Positions 45,003 to 55,336 of a DNA stretch of 64,000 nt are shown one piece after another. Position 1 is the stretch's first letter. Each line of letters begins with the position of its first letter. The stretch is from the NCBI GenBank assembly GCA_964540825.1, contig CAZINT010000002.1, forward strand, positions 128,993 to 192,992. Reading direction: 5' to 3'. A model generated the notes under the pieces. The model did no database searches. It had not been told where the DNA came from and saw only the letters and a list, made by a program, of their open reading frames with translations. Source of the stretch: an uncultured Gammaproteobacteria bacterium (GTDB taxonomy: Bacteria > Patescibacteriota > Patescibacteriia > Magasanikbacterales > GWA2-37-8). A program made the position numbers and the translations under genes.

Positions 45003-46001
45003 TTAAATAGTATACAAATGAGGTTTGTACTGGGCCAAATTTTTTGGCTCTTTAAACCAAGTGACCGTTTCTACCAAAGCGCTTCTTAAATCATACTCAG
45101 GCTCCCAACCAGTCAGATTTTTAATCTTTTCGTTTGATCCAATCAGCCGCTCAACTTCGGATTTTTCCGGACGAATGCGTTCGTTATCAGTAATAACTGT
45201 AATTCTTTGACCGGTAATATCCTGAACATGATTAATAACTTCATCGATGGTAACTCCCGCGCCAGTCGCAATATTTATTTCTTCACCAATCACTTTTTCT
45301 GCCTTTGCAATAGCAACAAATCCACCAACCACATCTTTGACATAGTTAAAATCCCGAATGGTATCCGTGCGTCCTAATTTAATTTCTGTTTTCCCGGCGA
45401 GGATCTGAGTTATAATAGTCGGTATCACTGCCCGGGCAGATTGACGAGGCCCAAAAGTATTAAAAGGACGGACCAGTACAACCGGCACATTAAACGATCG
45501 ATAAAAGGATTCTGCAAGGTGATCAGCCCCAATCTTCGTGGCACTGTATGGTGATTGACCTTGTAGAGGATGTTTTTCATCTATAGGCACATAGAGAGCG
45601 GTCCCATAGACTTCGGAGGTTGAGGTAACGAGTAATTTTTGAACTCCTGCCTGACGAGCAGCCTGCAGCATATTCAACGTACCTGTAATATTTGTTTCAA
45701 CAAAAGTACGGGGTGAATGGTAAGAAAAAGGAATTGGAATAAGGGCAGCCAAGTGAAAAACAATCTCACAGCCTTCGGTGGCCTGACTTACTCTATCGCT
45801 ATCCCGAATGTCTCCACTCAACACTTCAATTTGAGCTAAAATATCTGGTGCAAGAGAGTCGAGCCAGCCCCAGGTGTTAAATGAATTATACAAAACAAAT
45901 GCCCTGACCGAGGCTCCAAGCTGAACCAGTAACTCAACCAGATGACTACCAATAAATCCGTCCGCCCCTGTCACTAATACTTTTTTACCTCGCAAGTCCA
46001 T
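45003..46001 (-). CDS. NDP-hexose 4,6-dehydratase-like SDR (CDP-glucose 4,6-dehydratase-like)
   Basis: KKVLVTGADGFIGSHL. YxxxK reads YSATKIGAD. The length is 332 aa. It is paired with the upstream nucleotidyltransferase. Confidence 0.7.
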   Translation of the reverse strand: MDLRGKKVLVTGADGFIGSHLVELLVQLGASVRAFVLYNSFNTWGWLDSLAPDILAQIEVLSGDIRDSDRVSQATEGCEIVFHLAALIPIPFSYHSPRTFVETNITGTLNMLQAARQAGVQKLLVTSTSEVYGTALYVPIDEKHPLQGQSPYSATKIGADHLAESFYRSFNVPVVLVRPFNTFGPRQSARAVIPTIITQILAGKTEIKLGRTDTIRDFNYVKDVVGGFVAIAKAEKVIGEEINIATGAGVTIDEVINHVQDITGQRITVITDNERIRPEKSEVERLIGSNEKIKNLTGWEPEYDLRSALVETVTWFKEPKNLAQYKPHLYTI

Positions 46002-46075
46002 ATGGATTTATCCCTTTAATTAAGCTCAAATTCGCCTAAATAGCCCATCTATTATCTAATATTTTGCCCCTAGTG

Positions 46076-47518
46076 TCAAGCAATTTTTTCGAGGGGTTTT
46101 TGGTTTTTTAGTTCGTTATTACTACTTTTTTTCTGGCAACATATGTATCCTTCGCATACTACGAGCAGCACTAAACCATTGACCGGGAAACGAAAACGGG
46201 CGTTAATACTCAATCCATTACTAATAGTTGTTAGAGAAAAATAAGCAATAATTAAAATAAACAACACCCTTGTAACAGATAATCGGCGGCGAATAAGACA
46301 GTGGAGCGTGGTAACCACAAATAGTACTCCCACCACAGTCCACACACACCGATCCAGAACGAGGGCTATCATGGCGGGCTGAAAAAGGGTGGCGAGCAAA
46401 GCATTCCTCGCTTCGGGGGTAAGGTGAAAGAACCGAACGATCTCTGAAGCAGCTATTTCCGGACGCTGTATGTCCCAAAGCGATAGCAAATCCAGAAGTC
46501 CGTCATGCGTAAAGAAAGTGGTTACGCTAATTGCAGCAACAATTATAAATTCCCGGGGATACTGCTTAATAGTTTCGATGGCTCGCTGCCGAAACCAAGG
46601 GGCCTTATCAACACTGAGCGAGGGAGTACCCGTTATCCCATCGGCCGCCAGATACTCTTGCTGAGCCACAGTAAAAGGTTGATGATTTTTGATGACTAAT
46701 AAAGATGGCGCCAAAGTTTCGTAGAGCACTTGCTCTTTAATCGCTGAATACGAAAATGTTTTAAACTCAACATAGTTACGAATCATCCAAGGGAAGACGG
46801 GTAGCACAGAGCATACTAAAAATAGCCCCATATACAACGTAAAAGCAGTTTGTTTTCGAATAAGACGATACCCAAGCCAAGCAATTGCCAACAAGGTACT
46901 TAAATACATGGTTGAAGGACGAAAAAGCGTTGCACACCCCAGCAGCACACCGGCAAAGTAAAGCGATCTGAACGAAGGCGTACTCCTAAAATTTTGTTCG
47001 CTACTTTGGATAAACCTCACCAGCTGAATAACAGCCGAGAGTAGGAGTAGGGTAAAAAATATTTCAGTAAAAAATCTGATTGATAAGCTTATGCTAAATG
47101 GATCGATCGCTAAAAAAATCATTGCCCCATATCTTAGGCGATCAGGTAGCGTTAACATGTGAGCGAGCTTCCCTACCAGAATAGGTAAATAACTGGCAAT
47201 TAGAATTTGCACCCCAAGCACAAACCAAATACTGTGTGTAAGGAACAGGCTCGCAACGATCAACGCCGGGTAACCGGGAGTACGCGTCGAATCAGGGATT
47301 AAAGTGGTTTGGTCTTGAGAGAAGACGTGGTGCTCATACAGATTGGAGGCAATTTCATAGTATCCATCAGCTTTTACTCTATGTATAAATTGGTTCGTGT
47401 CAAAGTTAGTATGCGCGAAGGTAATACAGCCAACTGCTAGGCGCAAAAATAAACCTAACAAAAAAATATAGAAAGCAGCATGAGTCGCCATTTTTTTACC
47501 CACCGCTTGCAGTATCAT
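46076..47518 (-). CDS. GT-C family membrane glycosyltransferase (ArnT/PMT-like)
   Basis: 480 aa and polytopic. A charged motif lies in the first extracytoplasmic loop (RVKADGYYEIASNLYEH). It is adjacent to a polyprenol-P GT2. Confidence 0.55.
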   Translation of the reverse strand: MILQAVGKKMATHAAFYIFLLGLFLRLAVGCITFAHTNFDTNQFIHRVKADGYYEIASNLYEHHVFSQDQTTLIPDSTRTPGYPALIVASLFLTHSIWFVLGVQILIASYLPILVGKLAHMLTLPDRLRYGAMIFLAIDPFSISLSIRFFTEIFFTLLLLSAVIQLVRFIQSSEQNFRSTPSFRSLYFAGVLLGCATLFRPSTMYLSTLLAIAWLGYRLIRKQTAFTLYMGLFLVCSVLPVFPWMIRNYVEFKTFSYSAIKEQVLYETLAPSLLVIKNHQPFTVAQQEYLAADGITGTPSLSVDKAPWFRQRAIETIKQYPREFIIVAAISVTTFFTHDGLLDLLSLWDIQRPEIAASEIVRFFHLTPEARNALLATLFQPAMIALVLDRCVWTVVGVLFVVTTLHCLIRRRLSVTRVLFILIIAYFSLTTISNGLSINARFRFPVNGLVLLVVCEGYICCQKKSSNNELKNQKPLEKIA

Positions 47519-48654
47519 ACAGAGTGTTTATTATATAACAAAGAAATAATAATTTTTGCCCGATTCGGCCAGCTGTAGAGACGCGCCTTGACCGGCAACT
47601 GCTGAGCTTTTAACGCATAAGCAGGCAAATTACTCAGCATCTTGGTAATTGCTGCGGTCAGCGACTCCACGCTATCGGGAGTAAAAAAAATTACTTCTTC
47701 AGCTGTAACCACTTCTTTTAAAGAAGGAAGGTCGGCAACTACCATAGGAATACCTGCGGCCAAATATTCAAATAACTTCATGGGTGAAGTGAAGTGTGAA
47801 GAAATCTTTTCCTGAGCGCTATTGGGAAGCACGGCAATATCGGCAGCTTTGAGCCAGAGCGGTATACGACTGCGCTCTTGCCACCCAACAATATGCAAAC
47901 CGGTATGCTGGTATTTCTTTTGAAAGTCCGCGACATCTTGAGACGTACCGCCAACAATATACACATGCGCTGCACTGGGCAAAAATACCGTTGATTGCGC
48001 CAATAAATCCGCTCCTTTCCAAGCGTATAAATGGCCGGTATAGATAATAACCGTTTGATCCAAAGGAACTCCAAGTACTGTCCGGCATTGGGCACGTGAC
48101 AGGGGTGGATTAAAATTTTCAACATCCACCCCTTCGCGGGCAATAACAATTTTCTCAGCCCGAGTCCCCTGCTCTACGAGCACAGTCTTTATTCCCTGGC
48201 TGATAACTACCACCCCGGAAGAACGTTTCCAAACCTGTTTATGCCAGAACAATCCTGTTTGAGGAATAGTATGTGCTTCATAAAATACTCGTTTGGAAAA
48301 CAAACTTAAAATCCAAGCAACACTTGCATCGCGGGTATAATACGCTGCATACTTATTCCGCAACACGAACCACAGAACGCTCAGGTTAAACGTAAAAGTT
48401 TCCAGCCAAAAAGCAGCTTTTTTAAAACGGCTCGTCGCTAAAAAATCCAAACACCATACTCGTATAATAGTAAAGGGGTTCGGAAGCTCATAAAAGGTAA
48501 AAACATCTTCGCTCAAATAGTTATGTCTCTTGGCTATAAGCAAATCAACTCTCTGACCTTCCATTTGCAGCGATTCAACAGTTTTTACAATCTGCCAACC
48601 ATGAGCTTTTTCAGTTGGCAGTCGTATGTTGGCGATATACAGCACATCCTTCAT
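47515..48654 (-). CDS. Glycosyltransferase family 4
   Basis: The C-terminal EX7E-like region reads KLFEYLAAGIPMVVADLPSL. There is a 4-bp overlap with the downstream gene. Confidence 0.8.
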   Translation of the reverse strand: MKDVLYIANIRLPTEKAHGWQIVKTVESLQMEGQRVDLLIAKRHNYLSEDVFTFYELPNPFTIIRVWCLDFLATSRFKKAAFWLETFTFNLSVLWFVLRNKYAAYYTRDASVAWILSLFSKRVFYEAHTIPQTGLFWHKQVWKRSSGVVVISQGIKTVLVEQGTRAEKIVIAREGVDVENFNPPLSRAQCRTVLGVPLDQTVIIYTGHLYAWKGADLLAQSTVFLPSAAHVYIVGGTSQDVADFQKKYQHTGLHIVGWQERSRIPLWLKAADIAVLPNSAQEKISSHFTSPMKLFEYLAAGIPMVVADLPSLKEVVTAEEVIFFTPDSVESLTAAITKMLSNLPAYALKAQQLPVKARLYSWPNRAKIIISLLYNKHSV

Positions 48655-48657
48655 ACG

Positions 48658-49323
48658 CTAATTATTTACGGCCGTAAAAAAATGACCGAGCGGAAACTTG
48701 GCCGCATTCATCCGCGGACGGAACTTACCAATAATTATGTCTAACCAGCGAGCCAAAGGAATTGCTCCAATTTTAATAAGGCGCGGCATGACCGGTTCAA
48801 GTTGCGACCAGGCGGCTGTAAACGGGCCTTTGCCAAAGGGCCGAATAATAACTTCTTTAAAACCAATATTGGTAAAAATAGTAAAGAGCGTTTCACTGGT
48901 ATAGCGCCAATAATCATGCGGGTCAGGATGGTATGCAACAAGGAATGGCACTGCGCCCAGTATAGTTCCACCAGGCTTTAGAATGCGGCGAACTTCCTTA
49001 AGGACCCATTCATAATTATAAATATGCTCAAGCACGTTGAACATAAGTACTGTATCACAACTCGCGTCAGCATAGGGAAGCGGATCTTTTTCAAGATTAA
49101 TTTCTTTACCTCCTTGCACTCCCCCCTCAAAACCAAGGTCAAGGCATTCTACTGTTACTACAACATCTTTTTTTAAATACCGATGATAGCTCGCGAGCTT
49201 TACGCCACTACCAATATCAATTGTTTTTCCACGAATAGTGTAATGAGAACTTTCAATATTCATAAGGAGTCGGTATACATCTTTACCGCGCCAGATCTCA
49301 TGTGTGTCTTTGAATATGTGCAT
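48658..49323 (-). CDS. Class I SAM-dependent methyltransferase
   Basis: Motif I is TIDIGSGVK, and an ...ILKPGG... motif follows. The length is 221 aa. Confidence 0.65.
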   Translation of the reverse strand: MHIFKDTHEIWRGKDVYRLLMNIESSHYTIRGKTIDIGSGVKLASYHRYLKKDVVVTVECLDLGFEGGVQGGKEINLEKDPLPYADASCDTVLMFNVLEHIYNYEWVLKEVRRILKPGGTILGAVPFLVAYHPDPHDYWRYTSETLFTIFTNIGFKEVIIRPFGKGPFTAAWSQLEPVMPRLIKIGAIPLARWLDIIIGKFRPRMNAAKFPLGHFFTAVNN

Positions 49324-49326
49324 ATT

Positions 49327-51183
49327 TTATTTTTTAAAAAATTCAGTATACCAGACTTGCCACATGACAACCGCCCAAATGCTATTTAAATTATAACGCT
49401 TACCAGAGCAATGATCCTGCCACATTTTTTGAACACCCGCTCTATCAAACAAAGCCTCGTCAAGATTGCTCGGAGCAATAATCTCTGAAACCACATCTTT
49501 TAAATCACCCCGCAACCACTTGGCCATTGGTGTAAACCACCCACGTTTTTTTTGATTGAGTACGTGTGCCGGCAGGTAGGGCATGATGGCTTCTCGCCAA
49601 ATTGTTTTACCTTGAAAGTTGCGCGGAGTACTTTGCAGTATATTAATTTTCCAAGCAGTAGGAATACGGTACGCCAGCTCTACAAGACGCCTGTCGAGTA
49701 TGGGAACACGTTCTTCCAGGCCAAATGCCATAGTCATAGTATCGGTACGCTGCAGGGACTCATCAACCAGCCAACTTTGGCGATCGATATTCATAAATTG
49801 CTTCTCAAAATCCACATTTTTGTTTTCTTTAAAATAACGTTTGTTGAAATGTTCCGCGACGAGCGCAGAATCTCTATAGTGAGGTTTAAGAAATTGCGCT
49901 ACCCCTCGAGCGTCTTGAGCTAAAAAAGCAACGACACGTTCAGCGTCAGGTGACAGATTACTCTTAGCTGCTAAGGCAGTATGCCCAGTGGTTTGTAAGA
50001 GTGCCGCAAAAACCCTTCGCAGTGACTGAGGAAGCAGTTGGTATTTACTTAACAAACGACTGTAATAATAACGCGGATAGCCTCCGAAGAGCTCGTCAGC
50101 ACCATCGCCTCCCAAAACTACGGCTACTTGTTTTTTAGCTGCTTGTGCAAGCAAAAAAATTGCACCGGCAGTTGGGTTGAAATTGGGCTGATCCAAATGC
50201 CAGGCAATTTGAGAAAGATTATTTTTAATGTCTTTGGCTGAAACCACCAGTTCGTGATGATCGGTCGCGTAATAGGCTGCCGTCTTTCGAGCCAAAACAA
50301 AATCAGCGTTAAATTTATTACTGTCTTCCGGTATATCAAAACCAACTGAAAATGTTTTTACCGGGCCAGTACTATATTTTTTTGTTACCCCAACTATGGC
50401 GGTAGAGTCTAATCCCCCACTTAAAAAAACACCCACAGGACGATCAGAAATTAATTGACCTCGCACCGCATCATCAAATACGGCAGCAATTTGCTGAGCA
50501 GCTTCTCGGCGATTTTTTAAATTAGTGAAATTAGTGACTTGCCAATACCGCGTTACCTGCAATTTTCCTTGTTTCCACACAGCATAATGAGCCGCAGGCA
50601 ATTTAGAAATTCCTTCAAAAAGGGTCTGGGGTTCTGGAATGTACAGCAAATTAAAAAAGAAGGTCGTCGCTTCTTTGTTAATACTTTTCGGAACACCGGC
50701 GGCGAGCAAGCTCTTAATTTCAGAAGAAAAAAATAGTTTTCCCTGGTTAATTGTATAATATAAGGGTTTAATACCCATCTGATCGCGGGCTAAAAAAAGT
50801 TCGGATGTCGCAGTATCCCAAATAGCTAAAGCAAAGATACCGTTGAATTTGTCAAGACATGCCGGTCCATATTCCCGATAGGCATACAAAATTACTTCAG
50901 TATCACTCTCGGAAACAAACGTATATTTTTTTTGTAGTTCCGCCTTCAATTCCGCGAAATTATAAATCTCTCCATTAAAAATAATAATAAAACGACCTTC
51001 AGCGTCGCGCATAGGCTGACGTCCGCGCTCAGACAAATCAATAATAGAAAGCCTGTCATGACCAAAAGAGACTCCATCAGCGCACCAAAAATCAGTCTGA
51101 TCAGGACCGCGATGCTTGATGCATGCATTCATTTTTTGAATGAGTGCCTCGTCTTTAAAACTGAAACCATTAATACCGCACAT
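49327..51183 (-). CDS. asnB: Asparagine synthetase (glutamine-hydrolysing) family amidotransferase
   Basis: The N-terminus MCGINGF carries the catalytic Cys2. The PP-loop is SGGLDS. The length is 618 aa. Its context in a glycan locus suggests a WbpS-like sugar amidotransferase rather than housekeeping AsnB. Confidence 0.8.
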   Translation of the reverse strand: MCGINGFSFKDEALIQKMNACIKHRGPDQTDFWCADGVSFGHDRLSIIDLSERGRQPMRDAEGRFIIIFNGEIYNFAELKAELQKKYTFVSESDTEVILYAYREYGPACLDKFNGIFALAIWDTATSELFLARDQMGIKPLYYTINQGKLFFSSEIKSLLAAGVPKSINKEATTFFFNLLYIPEPQTLFEGISKLPAAHYAVWKQGKLQVTRYWQVTNFTNLKNRREAAQQIAAVFDDAVRGQLISDRPVGVFLSGGLDSTAIVGVTKKYSTGPVKTFSVGFDIPEDSNKFNADFVLARKTAAYYATDHHELVVSAKDIKNNLSQIAWHLDQPNFNPTAGAIFLLAQAAKKQVAVVLGGDGADELFGGYPRYYYSRLLSKYQLLPQSLRRVFAALLQTTGHTALAAKSNLSPDAERVVAFLAQDARGVAQFLKPHYRDSALVAEHFNKRYFKENKNVDFEKQFMNIDRQSWLVDESLQRTDTMTMAFGLEERVPILDRRLVELAYRIPTAWKINILQSTPRNFQGKTIWREAIMPYLPAHVLNQKKRGWFTPMAKWLRGDLKDVVSEIIAPSNLDEALFDRAGVQKMWQDHCSGKRYNLNSIWAVVMWQVWYTEFFKK

Positions 51184-51198
51184 ACCTTTTAAGAAAAC

Positions 51199-52554
51199 CT
51201 AAAATATTTTTAAATGCGTCACAATTTGTCCAAACGACACAATCACGTCAACGGAACTGAGCAAGCCTAAAATTATTACCGTCCAGAGTAACGTTTTTTT
51301 AACTACCAGCGGCTGTACTTTTAACCAGTACACGCTATAGGCAAATCCAACCACCAAAAAAGGATAAATTTGAAAACGGTACCGTGATTCGACAACTGTG
51401 GGCAAAAGTAACAACGGACAACTCAGCGCGAGAAAAATTACCAATAACCATCCTTCCCGGCGCTTGATGCTCGCTGCCGCAAGCCCAGCGTACCCACCAA
51501 CAAAGGTTACAGCAATCCAAACTGCGGAACTGGCTACAAATACTGCCTGTTTGATTCCATGCTGATAAAACCAAAAACCCATTGGTCTAATCAAACTAAA
51601 GTAGCGAATAAACCGCAAAAAGCACAGCTTGATAAATACGACCGGATAATGAGTCAAAAACAATAGAAATTCTTGTTTAGTTTTTTGAGGTAAGTCATAA
51701 AAACCATACACGCTGGTATAATCTGTTAACTGATTTACCCCACCTGCAATTTGCCCCCCATTACTTTCAAGACGGTTGCCGATCCAAAGATTGTACTGTC
51801 CTATCATAGTGGTAAGAACAAACTGATCATAGATCAAAAAATTTCGGTATACCCACGGAAGCAATGCTGCAGTCAATCCTAAAATAAAAAGAATTAAAGT
51901 ACGATATTGTTTTTTAATTAAAAAATAAACACTAAAAATAACAACAAAAAGAACTACTGGTGGACGAGTTAAAATAGTGACGCCGGTTACGAGCCCCAAA
52001 ACTAGAGCAGTGGTTTTTTGGTATCGGCTGCTCGCCAAATAGATAAAAAACCACCAGGTCAGAATAACCAAAAAAAGATAGAGTGTCTCAGTTAACAACA
52101 TGGCGGAAATTTCTACCAAATCCGGAGATAGCGCAAACCACAACGCTGCAAAAGCGCCAACAAATAGTCCTTCATTCTCTGCCAGCAATCTTCGAACAAT
52201 AGCATAGAGGAGTCCGGCTGAAAAAGCATGCAAAAGCGCCTGAAACACCCAGACCGCTTCGTAATGATGCCCAAACACACCATAGATAGCTGCTAAAAAA
52301 AATTCGTAGCCCGGTCCTGCCCGAATAATAGCGGTATCAAACTGATAGCTCGTTGTGCATATTTCTTTAAAACCGCAACCATTAAGCAAATTAACCGCGA
52401 TAGCATCATACGCCGCAGCATCTACAGCCGGCGTAATCCGATAAGCAAAACTATAGACACAAGAAACAATAAAAGCGATCCCAACAATTAGCAGAATCAT
52501 TTTTTTAGACTCTTTCTGGCACCACAGGCTTAGGCGACCAAATTTCATAGACAC
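51199..52554 (-). CDS. GT-C family membrane glycosyltransferase (ArnT/PMT-like)
   Basis: 451 aa. The first-loop motif ITPAVDAAAYDAIAVNLLNG resembles the GT39/83 D-x-x-x-Y...G motif. The neighbouring polyprenol-P GT2 (52588..53286) is on the opposite side. Confidence 0.6.
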   Translation of the reverse strand: MSMKFGRLSLWCQKESKKMILLIVGIAFIVSCVYSFAYRITPAVDAAAYDAIAVNLLNGCGFKEICTTSYQFDTAIIRAGPGYEFFLAAIYGVFGHHYEAVWVFQALLHAFSAGLLYAIVRRLLAENEGLFVGAFAALWFALSPDLVEISAMLLTETLYLFLVILTWWFFIYLASSRYQKTTALVLGLVTGVTILTRPPVVLFVVIFSVYFLIKKQYRTLILFILGLTAALLPWVYRNFLIYDQFVLTTMIGQYNLWIGNRLESNGGQIAGGVNQLTDYTSVYGFYDLPQKTKQEFLLFLTHYPVVFIKLCFLRFIRYFSLIRPMGFWFYQHGIKQAVFVASSAVWIAVTFVGGYAGLAAASIKRREGWLLVIFLALSCPLLLLPTVVESRYRFQIYPFLVVGFAYSVYWLKVQPLVVKKTLLWTVIILGLLSSVDVIVSFGQIVTHLKIF

Positions 52555-52587
52555 TCCTTAAAACACTACTTTTAACAGTATTTGTAC

Positions 52588-53286
52588 CTACACAAACAAG
52601 TTAAACTTAATAATTGACCAAATAGCGCTAAAACCATCTTTCCAGTTTATCTTTTTACCTTCAGCGTAGGTTCGTCCATAGTAAGAAATACCTACTTCAT
52701 AAAGCCGCAGCTTGGCCTGGGCAACTCGAGCGGTAATTTCCGGCTCGATGTTAAAACGATTAGCGGTTAGACGAGGCAAAATCTTGGCCAACGCCTCTTT
52801 ACTAAACATTTTATAACACGTTTCCATATCAGTGAGATTGAGGTCCGTAAAAATATTTGAAAAAAAGGTTAAAAATTTATTGCCAATCGAATGAAAGAAA
52901 AATAAAATCCGGTGTGGATTACCTCCCATAAAACGCGATCCGTAGACCACGTCAGCATGGCCACTTGTGAGCGGCGCCAAAAGCAAACGGTACTCACCCG
53001 GATCATACTCGAGGTCAGCATCCTGAATAATAATGAAGTCCCCCGTTGCGATGGCAAGTCCCTGGCGAATTGCCGCTCCTTTACCTTGGTTAACCGGCTG
53101 AAAATGGATTTTGTAATCCGGGCGCTGCATGGTTGCCAAAAGATCACGCGTGCCATCTTTGGAACCATCATCAACGATGATAATTTCTTTCTCAAAATCA
53201 GGAAGAACTACCTTGTCAATAGCCCCCAGAATCAAATGAATAGTTTCAACTTCATTATAGACCGGGATTACAATGGAAAGCTTCAT
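52588..53286 (-). CDS. Polyprenol-phosphate glycosyltransferase (GT2, DPM1-like, soluble short form)
   Basis: [10 protein letters not shown] ... [12 protein letters not shown] ... QDADLEYDP. The length is 232 aa. Confidence 0.8.
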   Translation of the reverse strand: MKLSIVIPVYNEVETIHLILGAIDKVVLPDFEKEIIIVDDGSKDGTRDLLATMQRPDYKIHFQPVNQGKGAAIRQGLAIATGDFIIIQDADLEYDPGEYRLLLAPLTSGHADVVYGSRFMGGNPHRILFFFHSIGNKFLTFFSNIFTDLNLTDMETCYKMFSKEALAKILPRLTANRFNIEPEITARVAQAKLRLYEVGISYYGRTYAEGKKINWKDGFSAIWSIIKFNLFV

Positions 53287-54338
53287 ACGGTGGTAGCAGC
53301 AATAAAATAAGAAACGATATTGTTAATTAAGCGACTTAAATTGTGGTTTTTAACCACGTATTCACGAGCCTTTTCATTGGGTTTTAGTATACCAGACTGA
53401 TATATTTTTTCAATATTTTTAGCCAAATCAACAGCGTCTCCTTGTTTAAAAGAAGTAACCACACCCTTTTCAGACAAATCGCTGAAGGCTTCACTGGAAG
53501 TAATTACTGAAAGACCGACAGCCAAGGGTTCAAGCACAGCCTTATCTACACTCCCTGTTTGGCTGGCATGCAAAAAAACCGATTGCTCTTGAAGAAATGA
53601 TGGTACATCCGTATACGTTAGCGCGCCTCTAAACGTAATTATTTTTTCAGCCTCAAGCTCAACTACAAGAGCCCCAAGCTCAGCAAAGTATACCTGATCA
53701 TCTGGCAAGATAGGCGCCCCAACAATGGTAAAATAACACTCTCCGGCTGGTATGCGTTTAGCTGCCTCTGCAGCCCCTTTTATAAGCGTTACCAGGTCTT
53801 TAGAGCGGGCAATGCGTCCTACGGTCACTAGTTTGAAGGGGTGCCGCGAGATGTATGGAGCAGGCAAAAAAGCTTCAGTATTAATACCATGACCAACATA
53901 CGCGACTTTTGAGCTTGGCAAACGAAAACTTTCCGGAGATGTTGTAAAAATTTGATTCACAAATTTTTCAGCCACACGAAGTTGCCAGGTAACTGAGCGG
54001 TGGACATACCAAAGCAAAATTGGCTTTTTCCAAAGTTTCCACAAAAAAGCACCTAAAATAACATAGATTTGGTTCATATGAACCCACACACCATCGTACT
54101 CGCCGCGCCGCGAAATAATGTACCGATAAAAATTAACCAGATACTTCAGGCGCGATTCACCCGCCTCTTTTCCTAACGTCAAAATTTCAACATTAGCCGG
54201 TAAATCGTAAGAGCCTTTTTGTAAACAAATAACTGTTAACTTTTCTACCTGCAAAGCTAACCGGCGGAGCCATTCGTGAAACGATCCGAGGTTGCTGTCA
54301 GTTTGATCTACCTTTTGGGTGATGACGAGGAGTTTCAT
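53283..54338 (-). CDS. Glycosyltransferase family 4
   Basis: A GT-B C-terminal domain. The gene has 4-bp overlaps with genes on both sides. Confidence 0.7.
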   Translation of the reverse strand: MKLLVITQKVDQTDSNLGSFHEWLRRLALQVEKLTVICLQKGSYDLPANVEILTLGKEAGESRLKYLVNFYRYIISRRGEYDGVWVHMNQIYVILGAFLWKLWKKPILLWYVHRSVTWQLRVAEKFVNQIFTTSPESFRLPSSKVAYVGHGINTEAFLPAPYISRHPFKLVTVGRIARSKDLVTLIKGAAEAAKRIPAGECYFTIVGAPILPDDQVYFAELGALVVELEAEKIITFRGALTYTDVPSFLQEQSVFLHASQTGSVDKAVLEPLAVGLSVITSSEAFSDLSEKGVVTSFKQGDAVDLAKNIEKIYQSGILKPNEKAREYVVKNHNLSRLINNIVSYFIAATTV

Positions 54339-55336
54339 ATACGCAGCATAGCATTTTTAAAACCTTCGCCGTCGTTAACGGGGAGGATAGTTACTTTAGG
54401 CCCAGGCTTGAGTTCAAAGCCCGCAACTCCAACATCAGACATGATAACCGGCGTACCAACCGCCGACGCTTCCATAACGACACGACCGTAACTTTCACTG
54501 CGACTTGGGAATAATACGGCGCTCGCTGCCAAATAATAACTATAAGGATCAGTCGTCCAGGGCACAAAAAAAACTTTTTTTTCGAGTAGACCTAGTTTTT
54601 TGGCAAGCGCCGTTAAACGCTCTTTCTCTTCACCCTCTCCAACTATAATTAAAGCGGCACTACCACCTTCTTCAACATATGCTTTAAAAACACCTAGTAA
54701 CCAGGCAATATTTTTTACCGGATCGAGTCGCCCTATAACAATAAAAAATTTTTCATATCCTGGATACGCTGCACGCAGATCGCGAGGCTGGTGAACCATT
54801 TCTCGCCAAAGGATATCCCGCTTACTGACAGCCGGTCGTACGATAATCAGGTCATGGGAGAAACCCAAATTTAAAAGATTCTCTTGTACGCGCTGACTAA
54901 CCACACGCAACCTGTCTGCTCTTTTTAAGGTCCACAAGCCAAACTTTCTTCGCCACCACGGATATTCATAGGTACCATCTGACAATTGGTTAAAAAAATC
55001 ACCATGGAGCTGAATTTCAAGGGCAACATTAAATCTTTTTTTTAATAAAACACCAATAAGTCCAGTAAAAAATGGGTCCTGACAAGTAATGGTGTCGATT
55101 TTATTTTTTTTAAAGCACTCTTTGCCGATCCGGTAGAGATTAAAGAACTGCAGCACCTTAGATCCGCCGCCTGATCCAATGGCTATAATCGAGGTGCCGA
55201 ATTTTTTTATTACACGCTCACTACACGGAACAATAATGCTCAATTCGTTTTCATATTCATAATCAATCATCCGCTGGGCTACGGCGGATGTTTCGTCAAA
55301 TACCTTTTTGTCAAGACTAATCATTAACTGGCGCAT
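54335..55336 (-). CDS. Glycosyltransferase family 4
   Basis: The sequence ESYGRVVMEASAVGTPVI. The gene contains three A8/T8 homopolymer tracts within the coding sequence. Confidence 0.75.
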   Translation of the reverse strand: MRQLMISLDKKVFDETSAVAQRMIDYEYENELSIIVPCSERVIKKFGTSIIAIGSGGGSKVLQFFNLYRIGKECFKKNKIDTITCQDPFFTGLIGVLLKKRFNVALEIQLHGDFFNQLSDGTYEYPWWRRKFGLWTLKRADRLRVVSQRVQENLLNLGFSHDLIIVRPAVSKRDILWREMVHQPRDLRAAYPGYEKFFIVIGRLDPVKNIAWLLGVFKAYVEEGGSAALIIVGEGEEKERLTALAKKLGLLEKKVFFVPWTTDPYSYYLAASAVLFPSRSESYGRVVMEASAVGTPVIMSDVGVAGFELKPGPKVTILPVNDGEGFKNAMLRI

